Shown here piece by piece: positions 1 to 10,541 of a stretch of DNA of 64,000 nucleotides (within the stretch, counting starts at the first letter, position 1; every line of letters starts with the position of its first letter). Below the pieces are notes generated by a model. That model did not search any database. It worked only from the letters and a program-made list of their open reading frames with translations, and had not been told where the DNA came from. The stretch covers positions 414,030-478,029 of the forward strand of contig NW_003314374.1 in assembly GCF_000143415.4 (NCBI RefSeq), read 5' to 3'. Source of the stretch: Selaginella moellendorffii (lineage: Eukaryota > Plantae > Lycopodiophyta). The translations under genes were made by a program, and so were the position numbers.

Positions 1-153
1 CAGGGGTGTTAGGAACTTGGAGGCTTGGTGTGCTTGGCTGCTTGTGCCTGCAGGGAGTGTAGCCAAACCTTAAGCCCAGTCTAACCCAGGGAGGGGGATT
101 GGGAGAGATTTGGGAATCCGTGGGTGGATGGCTAACGCTTCGTTGCTCGTGCA

Positions 154-1844
154 TGTGAGACACAAAATCCCTAGGCCCCAAAGTGGAGCCAGAAAGGGTG
201 CCACGTGGTAGTGGCTGAAGCGAGAGCCAAACGAGCGTAACACGTTTGGACCAAAAGCTCTGACTTGAAAAGTCAAGAGCAGGAGTGGAACTCCCAAAGA
301 AGTGCTCGAGGAACGAGCACGAAGCGAGCAAAAAGCGAGGCTCCAAAAAGGGACCCAAAAGGACCAACACATGACACGTGGAAGTGTCCGAGATGGACCC
401 GAGTTGGAGTCCGAAGTGGAGTCCGAGATGGACCCGAGATGGAGTCCGAGGTGGACCCGAGTTGGACCCGAAATGGAGTCCGAGATGGAGTCCGAGGTGG
501 ACCCGAGATGGACCCGAAATGGAGTCCGAGATGGAGTCCGAGATGGACCCGAGATGGAGTCCGAGGTGGACCCGAGATGGACCCGAAATGGAGTCCGAGA
601 TGGAGTCCGAGGTGGACCCGAGATGGACCCGAAATGGAGTCCGAGATGGACCCGAGATGGAGTCCAAGATGGAGTCCGAGATGGAGTCCGAGATGGAGTC
701 CGAAGTCGAGACCGAGACCGAGACCGGGACCGAGACCGAGACCGAGACCGAGATCGGGACCGAGAACGAGACCGAGGCCGAGGCCGAGTCCGAGTCCGAG
801 TCCAAGTCCAAGCCCGAGTCCGAGTCCGAGTCCGAGTTCGAGTCTGAGAGGGTGAAAGCCCAAAGCGTTCGTCTCCCAGACCCTGGGGGGTTTGGTGAGC
901 TCCAAAAGTATAGTGAGGGGGAGGACTGCAGTGGAGCCAGTTTGGCCAGGAAAGGCCAGTTTGGCCCAGGAAGGCCAGACCCAGTGTTGGGTGATGAACT
1001 GACCACTGGGAAGTCCAAGACTAGAGTGAATACGGACCGACAAGCGGGGTAGCTTGGTGAAGTGTTCAAGAGCCGGCTCTAGTTCCCCCGGGAGATTGAC
1101 TGGCCGATGCTCCCAGTCCAAGTGTGGGTGGCACTACCTACTTGGATACCTGGTGTGGCTCAATGGAACCTCGCTCTAAGCCCATGGCTAGAGCACCTAA
1201 AGGCGATAGGTGGGGAGAGTACCCAGGTGGCTCACGTAAGGCCACGGTGTTCCGAAATGTTGTCCCAAAGGCCCAGACTGTGGAAAGGAAGAGGAGCAGT
1301 CCTCTGGGGTAGTGACCAAGGACACAGTCATGTGGTGAGGAAGTCCCAGAGGACCGTGGGACTTAGTGGTCGGGCCTGTGGGCCTCGATCCAGTGGCAGT
1401 GTTGGCAAACACGGCCAGGGGCAGAAAGGGACTTGGTAGGAACTGACAAAGGGACTTTGGGGAAGGCAATTCCCCAGGTCTGTGGGCATCCTAAGGATGC
1501 TAAGGAGTGGATCTAGGATGACCACTCGTGGACACATGGCCCAGTCTTGGAGAGACGAGGTGGTGATGCAAGTGGTGTTGAACCACTAGTGCAGCAAAGG
1601 TGAATGGGCATGGCCTTAGCGTAACGGGCCGAGATGTCAATGGTACCTTTGGGTGTCGGTCTCAGGACCGGACACGTGGAGCACTTGGACCAGGTGCAAG
1701 TGTGGAGTGGCATGGATGCCATTCTTGGGGCTAGCAAGTCCCAAGTCCTGAATTGGACTGATGGAGGTTGTGAATGAGACTCCTCCAAGTGGTCGGAGGT
1801 GTGGTTAAGTGACTAAAGTAGAATGGAAAATTTAGTCGCTTACA
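154..1844 (+). repeat. 5' LTR of family-A element
   Basis: TGTGAGA...CTTACA; direct repeat of 5906-7661. Confidence 0.93.
387..848. repeat. Degenerate tandem array of 6/11/12-bp units (CCGAGA, GAGTCC, GGACCC, GAGATG) inside the LTR
   Basis: Visible tandem units; second copy at ~6139-6647 has a different unit count; related arrays at ~9745-10020 and ~28190-28460. Confidence 0.9.
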
Positions 1845-1847
1845 ATT

Positions 1848-1859
1848 TGGTATTGGAGC
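1848..1859 (+). other. Primer-binding site (tRNA-iMet type, 2 mismatches)
   Basis: TGGTATTGGAGC versus canonical TGGTATCAGAGC, 3 nt after the LTR end. Confidence 0.75.
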
Positions 1860-4800
1860 TGTTCCTTAGTCCGACTTTTATTGGTGCTCAAGTATATCAC
1901 CACTAGTGTTGGCATCAGAAGGTCCGAGGAGTGGGCCTATCCTTGAGGAGTAGCAAGTCGAGAAGACATGGCTCTCCATTACAGTTCATGTGTGAACTTG
2001 TAGACGAGGTGGTGGATAGAAAAGGGCCAATAATGGAACGACTTTGGGATCTTGGGAACAGTGCAAGGTTTTCCTCATTGAGTTGAGGATGTGATCCGGA
2101 TGAGCATTTGTCTCAGCAAATTGGCTTATGTTGTTGTGGTAAACAACTAAAGTTGGGATCACGGGAAAGATAGAGACTCCAAAACAATAAAGGAGTCACA
2201 AGATTATCCTCATATAGTTGAGGTTGGTGCTCATGAATGTGAGACCAAAGGTAATGACCGTGGAAGGTCAAATACGGAAGAGGACGCAAGTCCTTGAAAT
2301 GGTAGCCGGGGCTACCTATAATAAATGCTGGAACAACCCAAAGAGTTGGGGGTGTATTAAGTGGATGAGTTGGTATTCTCATCACATGGACAAGTAGTCT
2401 TAAGGGGCAAAGGTTGCCCCCAGAGAACAAAATCAAGTGTCGGAGTAACACTTGGGAAAATAGTCCTTTTGAGTAAGACCGAAATGCAAGAAGTGTATTC
2501 CAGTGAGCTAGTGCCTCACAAGTAGGACCTTACGGGTCGGTGGATTAACCAAGTCCAAAACTGCTGAATGACTCAAGTAGAGTCAAGGGATGGTCCTAAA
2601 AGGACTGATGGAAGCATTTGGACTGAGGTGTGTTGTACCCCACAAAGGATGGGGGGGGGATCATAGGATCCAAGGATGAGAACAGAGAGTATCTCATCGA
2701 TGGCAAAATGTGCCATGCTAAAGTTATGGGAAAGGTGTTCCCAGAAGAAAACAACTTTGACACAAAGTTGTGTGTGACCTCTATGGTGTAGTGCTAACGG
2801 ATGGTTGGCATGAGAAAGAGCGGTGTTGGTCTTGGCAAAGACTTAAACACGAAGGGGAAGTGTCATAGAGGTAGGCTCGTGGAGCTGATGGTGTGGAGAC
2901 ACCAAATGTGCCAAGGTGTGATACCTTGAGGCTATGTTGGTGGGTTCATGAGAACCCCTTGCCAAAGGAATCCCAATGGAAATGGGAATGGCATAGCCTA
3001 AGCGGTAGAGCATGCAGCTGGAGTGCGGTGACCCAGATAATGATGGAGGTGTGCAAGCACCAAGCAATGAGTTGTAGGACTTGACAACTATGAGGCAACT
3101 AAGCAAGAGGTGCAAAATAACTGGTTAAACGGGTAGAAGGTAGCTACCCAAGACTTCTAGTATAGGGAAGTCGGATATACCCTTACGGGGGATAAGTTGC
3201 TTACGTTGCGATATAGTAAGTCAATGTCATAAAAGGAAATACTCATTGTCAAGAAAGCCATCATTGGGACACCCGAACACTCTAGAACACCAAAAGTTGG
3301 TGTTTGATGTCGCGAGGGTAATGGATAAAGCCCAAGGGACTAAGTCCCTAGCGAATGATGGATAGAAGGTGCTGTCCAAATGTCCAAGGTTGCGGAGACA
3401 GGAGAGGACTGTCTACCCAAGTTGGACAAAGCCAAAAATGGAATTTTGGCAAGGCTAGTGATGGGCATGTAAAGGCCCATAAGCAACAATGTAATCCTAG
3501 TGTGTGGGATAATAAGCTGAGCATACCCGGATTGAGGAACCACTCCCTGGGCTATTGGGTAGGTTCATCCCTAAGAATACTTGCTAAGGCATGATAGAAA
3601 GTGCAAAGCTATCCTCCTGGTCTGGAGGAGAATGACCGAAAGAAAGGTGTGAAGCCAAAGGCAAGTAGTATTGGGATGGAACTGAACCATAGAAATCAAA
3701 GGGCATATCCAACAGTGGTTATGAAAGTTGGGAGTGGAGAATCAAGAGGGTGCTCGAGGATGTTGTTGCTAGCAACCGTGATGCCATGAAGAGTCTAAAA
3801 TATGGAATTGTCCATGTTAGACTATATGGCAACTATAAAGCTTGCGAAAGGGGAGGCCTTAGCAAGCTGAGGGATAGAGTTCCTTCAAGGTTCCCAAAGA
3901 CGATTCTAGGTAGCGTAGTACCTAGAAAGGCCAAGTGTAAATGGTTCATGGAACGTGCGAAATCAGCGTGGCGCAGCAGAAGCGTGGTCTTGAAGCTTGC
4001 CATGAGGCAAGGTTATCAAGGTTAGGGAAGTAGTTCCCGAGTGTTCAAAGAGAGGGCTTTGAATGAAAGTCGATGGTCAAGGACTTTCACGCTTATGCAG
4101 GAACCATGTTACAATGGTCGGAGGACTTGCCAAGTGAGATTGGCACGTTGGGGGAACAAAGACCCTAGTTGAAGGTGATATCTTCAAAAAGGGTGGGCCA
4201 GGGGGCCGAGCATGGAGGAGTCCATGCATGATCACAGACATGTCAAGTGAGAGGACTTGGCAGTGTGGAGGAACTAGGTTCCTAAGCTGTGATCTGTAGC
4301 GCGCTTTAAAAATAGGTTGGTGCACCGGCGTGGGGAGTCACGCCAGGCATCTAGTGTGATGCCGTCCGTAGATGCATATACGAAGGTTGGGTTCGAGTCC
4401 CGACCCTCTAGTGCTTGGGTTCGAGTTCCAAATCACTAGGGTGTGGTGATGGTTTGGAATATGAGGACACTCATATTTCGGTGGTCATGGACTCTCAGTG
4501 GGGAGACTGGTTTGGGCACACCGCCAAGCGAGGGATGCCTCGGAGTCGTGATGCACGGTTAGATTGCTTAGTGTGAAAGCTCGGCATATCTAACTTGAAC
4601 GCTTTGGTGCAAGTGGCACCAAGGACGTGGTGAGTGAGATGGGGACACCTAATCTCAGTTGCTATGGACCCTTGGCCGGAAGGGCTGGCTTGGGCGCACC
4701 GCCAAGTGTGGGGGATGCCCCCGGGGTCGTAGTTAACAAGTTAAAGGTCTAGAAGACCTAGTACCTATTGGCAAACCTGTTAAGGTGCCGAGGTGAGATC

Positions 4801-5905
4801 ACTAGGTGATCTTGTGGCTAAATAAGGACAAGGTCCTTGTTTGGGTTAAGGAATAAGGTTCTTAGTTCAAAGTGTTGATTTGAACTATTGATGATGGTGT
4901 GGCTTGGTCAAGGTGACCAAGTGGGAAAAGCACCTTAGGGAAATGAGCTATGTCATCGCGATGGCATAGTGTGTCCAAGGAAAGTAGTCTCTAAAGAGAC
5001 CCATGAGAGGGTCACAAAGTTGGGCCGAGGATAAAGCCCACAGCAGAAGATGCTAAAAGAGACTTACTAGGGGTGAACACCCTAGTCTTGGCAAAACAGA
5101 GCCTTTGCTATGGAATCAAAAGAATACCTCAAGGAGGGAGGTAGAGATTCGATGTTGCTTGGTGCAACAATCAACGGATAGGAGCAAAAGATGAGTGGCG
5201 AAGATAGGGCCGTGGAATCCCTGGGAAGGAATCCAAGTGACAAAGTTAGGCGAGGAACACTAATGTGTTGGATGCTAACAAATTGCGGGAAAGGAAGTGT
5301 GTTTCCAAGGATGGATTCCGAATTGCTCCGATTTGGCGAAAGTGGAAGCTCCAAGGGAGGGAGCGGTAAGGTAGCCAAATGATAGGGCGATGGACAACCC
5401 GAGCACAAAGTGTGATAAATGGAACTTAGTGCCCAAGGTGACACGAAATAGAAGAGAGGATGATGGTGCCCTCAAGTAATGAACTTCCTAGGATAGGGAA
5501 GTGGAGTCGCACAATCTGTGCAATGCAAGGTGTTGGAGACACCTAGGAAATTGACTTCCAAAAGTCAAAAGAGTAAAAGTTCCAAGGTGCAAACATTCAA
5601 TAGATGGAAATTGAGGCTACTCAAGAAGGAGTAGTGGGATTGACTTAGAGAAGGGCCTCTAATGGGTTTAGCGAGAACTAAACCAATAAATGGAAAGAAC
5701 CACCCCAAGTGGTCCAATCAGTTTCTAAGTTGGAGAGACTATCCTCCTTAGAGGATGGACAAGGCATGGTGAGCCTTCGGGGTCAAACCATAGCCAAATA
5801 TTGGCCGGGTGCCAAGGGTGGGAATGGTAATACCTGCGGGTGTTACTTTATAAAAGGGTTTACCATTCGATGAGGACATCGAACTTCGTCTATGGGTGGT
5901 GGAGT

Positions 5906-7661
5906 TGTGAGACACAAAATCCCTAGGCCCCAAAGTGGAGCCAGAAAGGGTGCCACGTGGTAGTGGCTGAAGCGAGAGCCAAACGAGCGTAACACGTTTG
6001 GACCAAAAGCTCCGACTTGAAAAGTCAAGAGCAGGAGTGGAACTCCCAAAGAAGTGCTCGAGGAACGAGCACGAAGCGAGCAAAAAGCGAGGCTCCAAAA
6101 AGGGACCCAAAAGGACCAACACATGACACGTGGAAGTGTCCGAGATGGACCCGAGTTGGAGTCCGAAGTGGAGTCCGAGATGGACCCGAGATGGAGTCCG
6201 AGGTGGACCCGAGTTGGACCCGAAATGGAGTCCGAGATGGAGTCCGAGGTGGACCCGAGATGGACCCGAAATGGAGTCCGAGATGGAGTCCAAGATGGAC
6301 CCGAGATGGAGTCCGAGGTGGACCCGAGATGGACCCGAAATGGAGTCCGAGATGGAGTCCGAGGTGGACCCGAGATGGAGTCCGAGATGGACCCGAAATG
6401 GAGTCCGAGGTGGACCCGAGATGGACCCGAAATGGAGTCCGAGATGGACCCGAGATGGAGTCCGAGATGGAGTCCGAGATGGAGTCCGAGATGGAGTCCG
6501 AAGTCGAGACCGAGACCGAGACCGGGACCGAGACCGAGACCGAGACCGAGATCGGGACCGAGAACGAGACCGAGGCCGAGGCCGAGTCCGAGTCCGAGTC
6601 CGAGTCCAAGTCCGAGTCCGAGCCCGAGTCCGAGTTCGAGTCTGAGAGGGTGAAAGCCCAAAGCGTTCGTCTCCCAGACCCTAGGGGGTTTGGTGAGCTC
6701 CAAAAGTATAGTGAGGGGGAGGACTCCAGTGGAGCCAGTTTGGCTAGGAAAGGCCAGTTTGGCCAGGAAAGGCCAGTTTGGCCCAGGAAGGCCAGACCCA
6801 GTGTTGGGTGATGAACTGACCACTGGGAAGTCCAAGACTAGAGTGAATACGGACCGACAAGCAGGGTAGCTTGGTGAAGTGTTCAAGAGCCGGCTCTAGT
6901 TCCCCCGGGAGATTGACTGGCCGATGCTCCCAATCCAAGTGTGGGTGGCACTACCTACTTGGATACCAAGCGTGGCTCAATGGAACCTCGCTCTAAGCCC
7001 ATGGCTAGAGCACCTAAAGGCGATAGGTGGGGAGAGTACCCAGGTGGCTCGCGTAAGGCCACGGTGTTCCGAAATGTTGTCCCAAAGGCCCAGACTGTGG
7101 AAAGGAAGAGAAGCAGTCCTCTGGGGTAGTGACCAAGGACACAGTCATGTGGTGAGGAAGTCCCAGAGGACCATGGGACTTAGTGGTCGGGCCTGTGGGC
7201 CTCGATCCAGTGGCAGTGTTGGCAAACACGGCCAGGGGCAGAAAGGGACTTGGTAGGAACTGACAAAGGGACTTTGGGGAAGGCAATTCCCCAGGTCTAT
7301 GGGCATCCTAAGGATGCTAAGGAGTGGATCTAGGATGACCACTCGTGGACACATGGCCCAGTCTTGGAGAGACGAGGTGGTGATGCAAGTGGTGTTGAAC
7401 CACTAGTGCAGCAAAGGTGAATGGGCATGGCCTTAGCGTAACGGGCCGAGATGTCAATGGTACCTTTGGGTGTCGGTCTCAGGACCGGACACGTGGAGCA
7501 CTTGGACCAGGTGCAAGTGTGGAGTGGCATGGATGCCATTCTTGGGGCTAGCAAGTCCCAAGTCCTGAATTGGACTGATGGAGGTTGTGAATGAGACTCC
7601 TCCAAGTGGTCGGAGGTGTGGTTAAGTGACTAAAGTAGAATGGAAAATTTAGTCGCTTACA
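5906..7661 (+). repeat. 3' LTR of family-A element
   Basis: Preceded by the PPT, followed by TSD GTGCA. Confidence 0.93.
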
Positions 7662-7814
7662 GTGCAGTGAGTAGCTGAAACCAAGTAGGACCAAGTAGGA
7701 GCTAGTACAATAGGTGGGAACCTTGACAAGGGAACTTAGCACAAGCCAAGGCAGTGTTGGTCGGATAGACGAGATAAGCTGGTAAATTTGGGAAGGAAAA
7801 ATTTGTAGCTTACA

Positions 7815-8362
7815 CCAGCCTAGTACTATTCAAACCCAAGGACGCTTAACCCCAAATATCCCAAGACCCTTAACCGATTGAAAAAGGGGGTGCACTTTTA
7901 TTCATGGGCCCTTTCCCTCTATATTTAAACTTTATGGATCTTCTCTTGAGTCGTTCTTTTTGGTTGCTTACAATCCACCACGCTTCCCTACAAGTTCACG
8001 CCCTCGTGAACGAAAGCTAAGAGCCGCAACTCTCCCGAGAGCCCCACTCTCTTGACACCCTACCCCTCGGGTCAAGCTTAGCGGGAGCAAACTAGACCAA
8101 CCAGATGTCATTGAACATGTGGTGTGATTCCTTTAGCCAACAAACAGAGTCGGACCCGAGACCCCTCTAATACCAAATGTAAGTTCCTGAATTTGGACTT
8201 CCCAGGAGGTCACCCAACCTAGTACTATTCAAACCCAAGAACGCTTAACCCTAAATATCCCAAGACCCTTAACCGATTGGAAAAGGGGGATTCATGGGCC
8301 CTTTCCCTTTATATTTGAATCTTATGGATCTTCTCTCGAGTCGTTCTCTTTAGTTGCTTATA
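7815..8362 (-). mobile_element. Cassandra-like TRIM with 5S rRNA-derived sequence in its LTRs
   Basis: LTRs at 8178-8362 (full, 185 bp) and 7815-7972 (truncated). About 205-bp interior with a PBS-like TGGTATTAGAG beside the full LTR and a PPT-like GGGAAGCGTGGTGGAT beside the other. The LTR core matches the 5S internal control region. Confidence 0.85.
8195..8249 (-). rRNA. 5S rRNA-derived fragment (A-box to C-box region) inside the TRIM LTR; not a full 5S gene
   Basis: Minus strand reads GTTAAGCGTTCTTGGGTTTGAATAGTACTAGGTTGGGTGACCTCCTGGGAAGTCC, about 49/55 identical to the plant 5S rRNA sequence as I recall it. Confidence 0.85.
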
Positions 8363-8948
8363 AATGGATTCTTTCTTCAATAATGATTATACATTTTTTT
8401 ATTGATAGGATGATTGATGATCTTTCATGATGGTTAGTTGTTATTTTTGATGGCTATGGCTTTTTGCAATACCACACATTATTTGTGGCTTGCTTTGGAT
8501 TGGTCTCTTGGGTTTGAGCTATCAATAGGATGTTGCTGACACTTGCTGAAGCAACTCTAGTTCTTTGGTGTTGTTGACCAGGATCTATTCAGATTAGCTA
8601 GTGTGATGGTTGGCATGAACGAATATTTGTTAGTCTTACCACATACATTCAGTTTTGTTGATTGTTCCTCAAGTTAAATCTGATAGATTTGAATGTTATC
8701 TATTTCGATACATTCGCGAGCATCTTTCTTACCAATCGATACTGTCTACAATTTTTTATAGTTAAGTTTTTTCATTGAGTTTACTTAATGATATACTTGC
8801 TATTGATTTTTGTTAGATAGTAAATCCTATTTTTTTCGATTCTGCTGATCTTGGTGGTTCCTAATATACGCTAATACTAGTTTATCGGATGATAACTTAC
8901 TTGGAATACTTTTATGTTCTAATCTAAGATTTATTCACTGATAATTAA

Positions 8949-10104
8949 TGTAAGCTACAAATTTTTCCTTTCCAATTTGCCAGCTTACCTCGTCTATCCT
9001 GCCAACTCTGCCTTGTCTTGTGCTAAGTTCCCTCGCCAAGGTCCTCGCCTATGGTACTAGCTCCTACTTGGTCCTACTTGGTTTCAGCTACTCACTGCAC
9101 GAGCAACGGAGTGTTAGCCATCCATCTACGGATTCCCAAATCTCTCCCAATCCCCCTCCCCGGGTTAGACTAAACTTAAGGTTCAGCTACACTCCCCGCA
9201 GGCACAAGCAGCCAAACACACCAAGCTTCCAGATTCCTAACACCCCTTGGTACCACAAGACTTGATCATGGGACCCTCTAAATCCCAAGCCTTGGGTGCA
9301 GCACTTGCTTCGCGACGTCGGGGCAAAACACCGTGGCCTAACGGCCCGGTATGGGTACCTCTACCCCCCCACTTCCATCCCAAAGGGAAGGCCCAAGCCC
9401 CTAGGAAGGGCGAGGACCAATGAGCCACAAGTGGGGCACCACTCCACATGAGCCGGGAGCACTGCAGTCGGTTTCCCTTTCGGGAGTGGGAGCTGCTCTT
9501 GAGCACTTCCTTGGGTGGCCCCTCCGGCACCACCTAAGCCCATGCTCACTCCCACCCAAGGCCCCTCGGCCCCAGTCTCAACCTCAAGTCAGTTTGGAAG
9601 CACCACTAAAGAGTTCCTTCAAGACTGGTTCCTAGACCTCACTATCCCTACTATACTTTTGGAACCCCCTGCAGCCGCCCCCCCCCCCCCCCCCGGGAGA
9701 CGCATGCTTTGGGCTTTCACCCCTTGAGCTGTATTAGTATTTGGACTTAGTCTCAGAATCAATCTCGGACTCGATCTCGGACCCGACTTTGGACTCAGTC
9801 TCGGACTCGATTTCGGACTCGATCTCGGACCCGATCTCGGACTCAACTTCGGACTCGACCTCAGACTCGGTCTCGGACCCGATTTGGATCTTGGACTCTG
9901 TCTCGAACTCGGTCTTGAACTCGGTCTCGAACTGGGTCTCCGATTCGGCCTCAGCTCGATCCCGGACTCTATCTCGAACTCGGTCTCTGAGTTGGTCTTG
10001 GACTCGATCTTCGACTCGGTCCCATCCGATGAACTCTTTGTCATTTCGGTCATGCTTTCGGGGATCCTTTAGCATACGACATCTCGGGGAGTCGGTTCCT
10101 TACA
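8949..10104 (-). repeat. 3' LTR of the chromovirus
   Basis: TGT...ACA ends, adjacent PPT, matches 28140-28541. Confidence 0.92.
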
Positions 10105-10541
10105 ACTCCACCACCCAACGTCTCTTTTTATCCTACAACTTGTTGACCATGTCTCCGGGGGCATCCCCCCACTTAGTGGCTTGCCTAAGTTAGCCTCCCC
10201 GGCCAAGAGCTCATGACAACGGAATATAGGTGTCCCTATACTCCTCACCTCACCACGCCCTAGTATAGGGTTGGGACTTGAACCCAACTTTGCTTTACTA
10301 GGGGGTTGGGACTTGAACCCAACCTCCGTAGAATACGTCTACGGATTCGACATCCCCGTGGGGAGTCGGGTGTAGTGCCTTACGCTTGGTTGACCTAGCT
10401 AACCCAAGCTAATTAGCTTACCTTCGGCGAGCCTTCGAGTCCCAACACATGCCTCTTGTTCAACTTCGCAAATTGATATTTTTAATTGAACTTTGCATAA
10501 GTACATAGAGTTCTGCCTTGCAGAAATTCCTCCACAAGATC

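Larger units (their letters stand above)
154..7661 (+). mobile_element. Non-autonomous LTR retroelement (LARD-like, family A), intact and recent
   Basis: Near-identical LTRs at 154-1844 and 5906-7661, both TGT...ACA. 5-bp TSD GTGCA at 149-153 and 7662-7666. PBS-like TGGTATTGGAGC at 1848-1859, PPT GGGTGGTGGAGT at 5894-5905. The 4-kb interior has no long ORF and no gag/pol motif. Confidence 0.92.
1..7814 (+). mobile_element. 3' part of a family-B (chromovirus) LTR, interrupted by the 154-7661 element; the rest lies left of the window
   Basis: 1-153 joined to 7667-7814 is the reverse complement of 8949-~9248 (LTR of the gypsy element). It ends in ...GTAGCTTACA at 7814 with no PBS after it, so it is a 3' or solo LTR. 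Confidence 0.85.

Noticed and set aside
387-848. Possible CRISPR-like array
   Set aside because: Units are contiguous with no unique spacers, there are no cas genes, and the context is a eukaryotic LTR.
265-1121. Long overlapping ORFs (RDRD, PSPS, LGLG, ESEM repeats), also at 5843-6886, 9619-10193 and 28183-28546
   Set aside because: By-products of stop-free hexamer arrays inside LTRs; open in several frames on both strands with no domain content.
4385-4432. Possible tRNA gene (GGTTCGAGTCCC)
   Set aside because: No A-box, D-arm, anticodon arm or acceptor stem; kept only as a T-arm-like hairpin finding.
8195-8249. Functional 5S rRNA gene
   Set aside because: Only ~55 of ~120 nt are present, embedded in a TRIM LTR.
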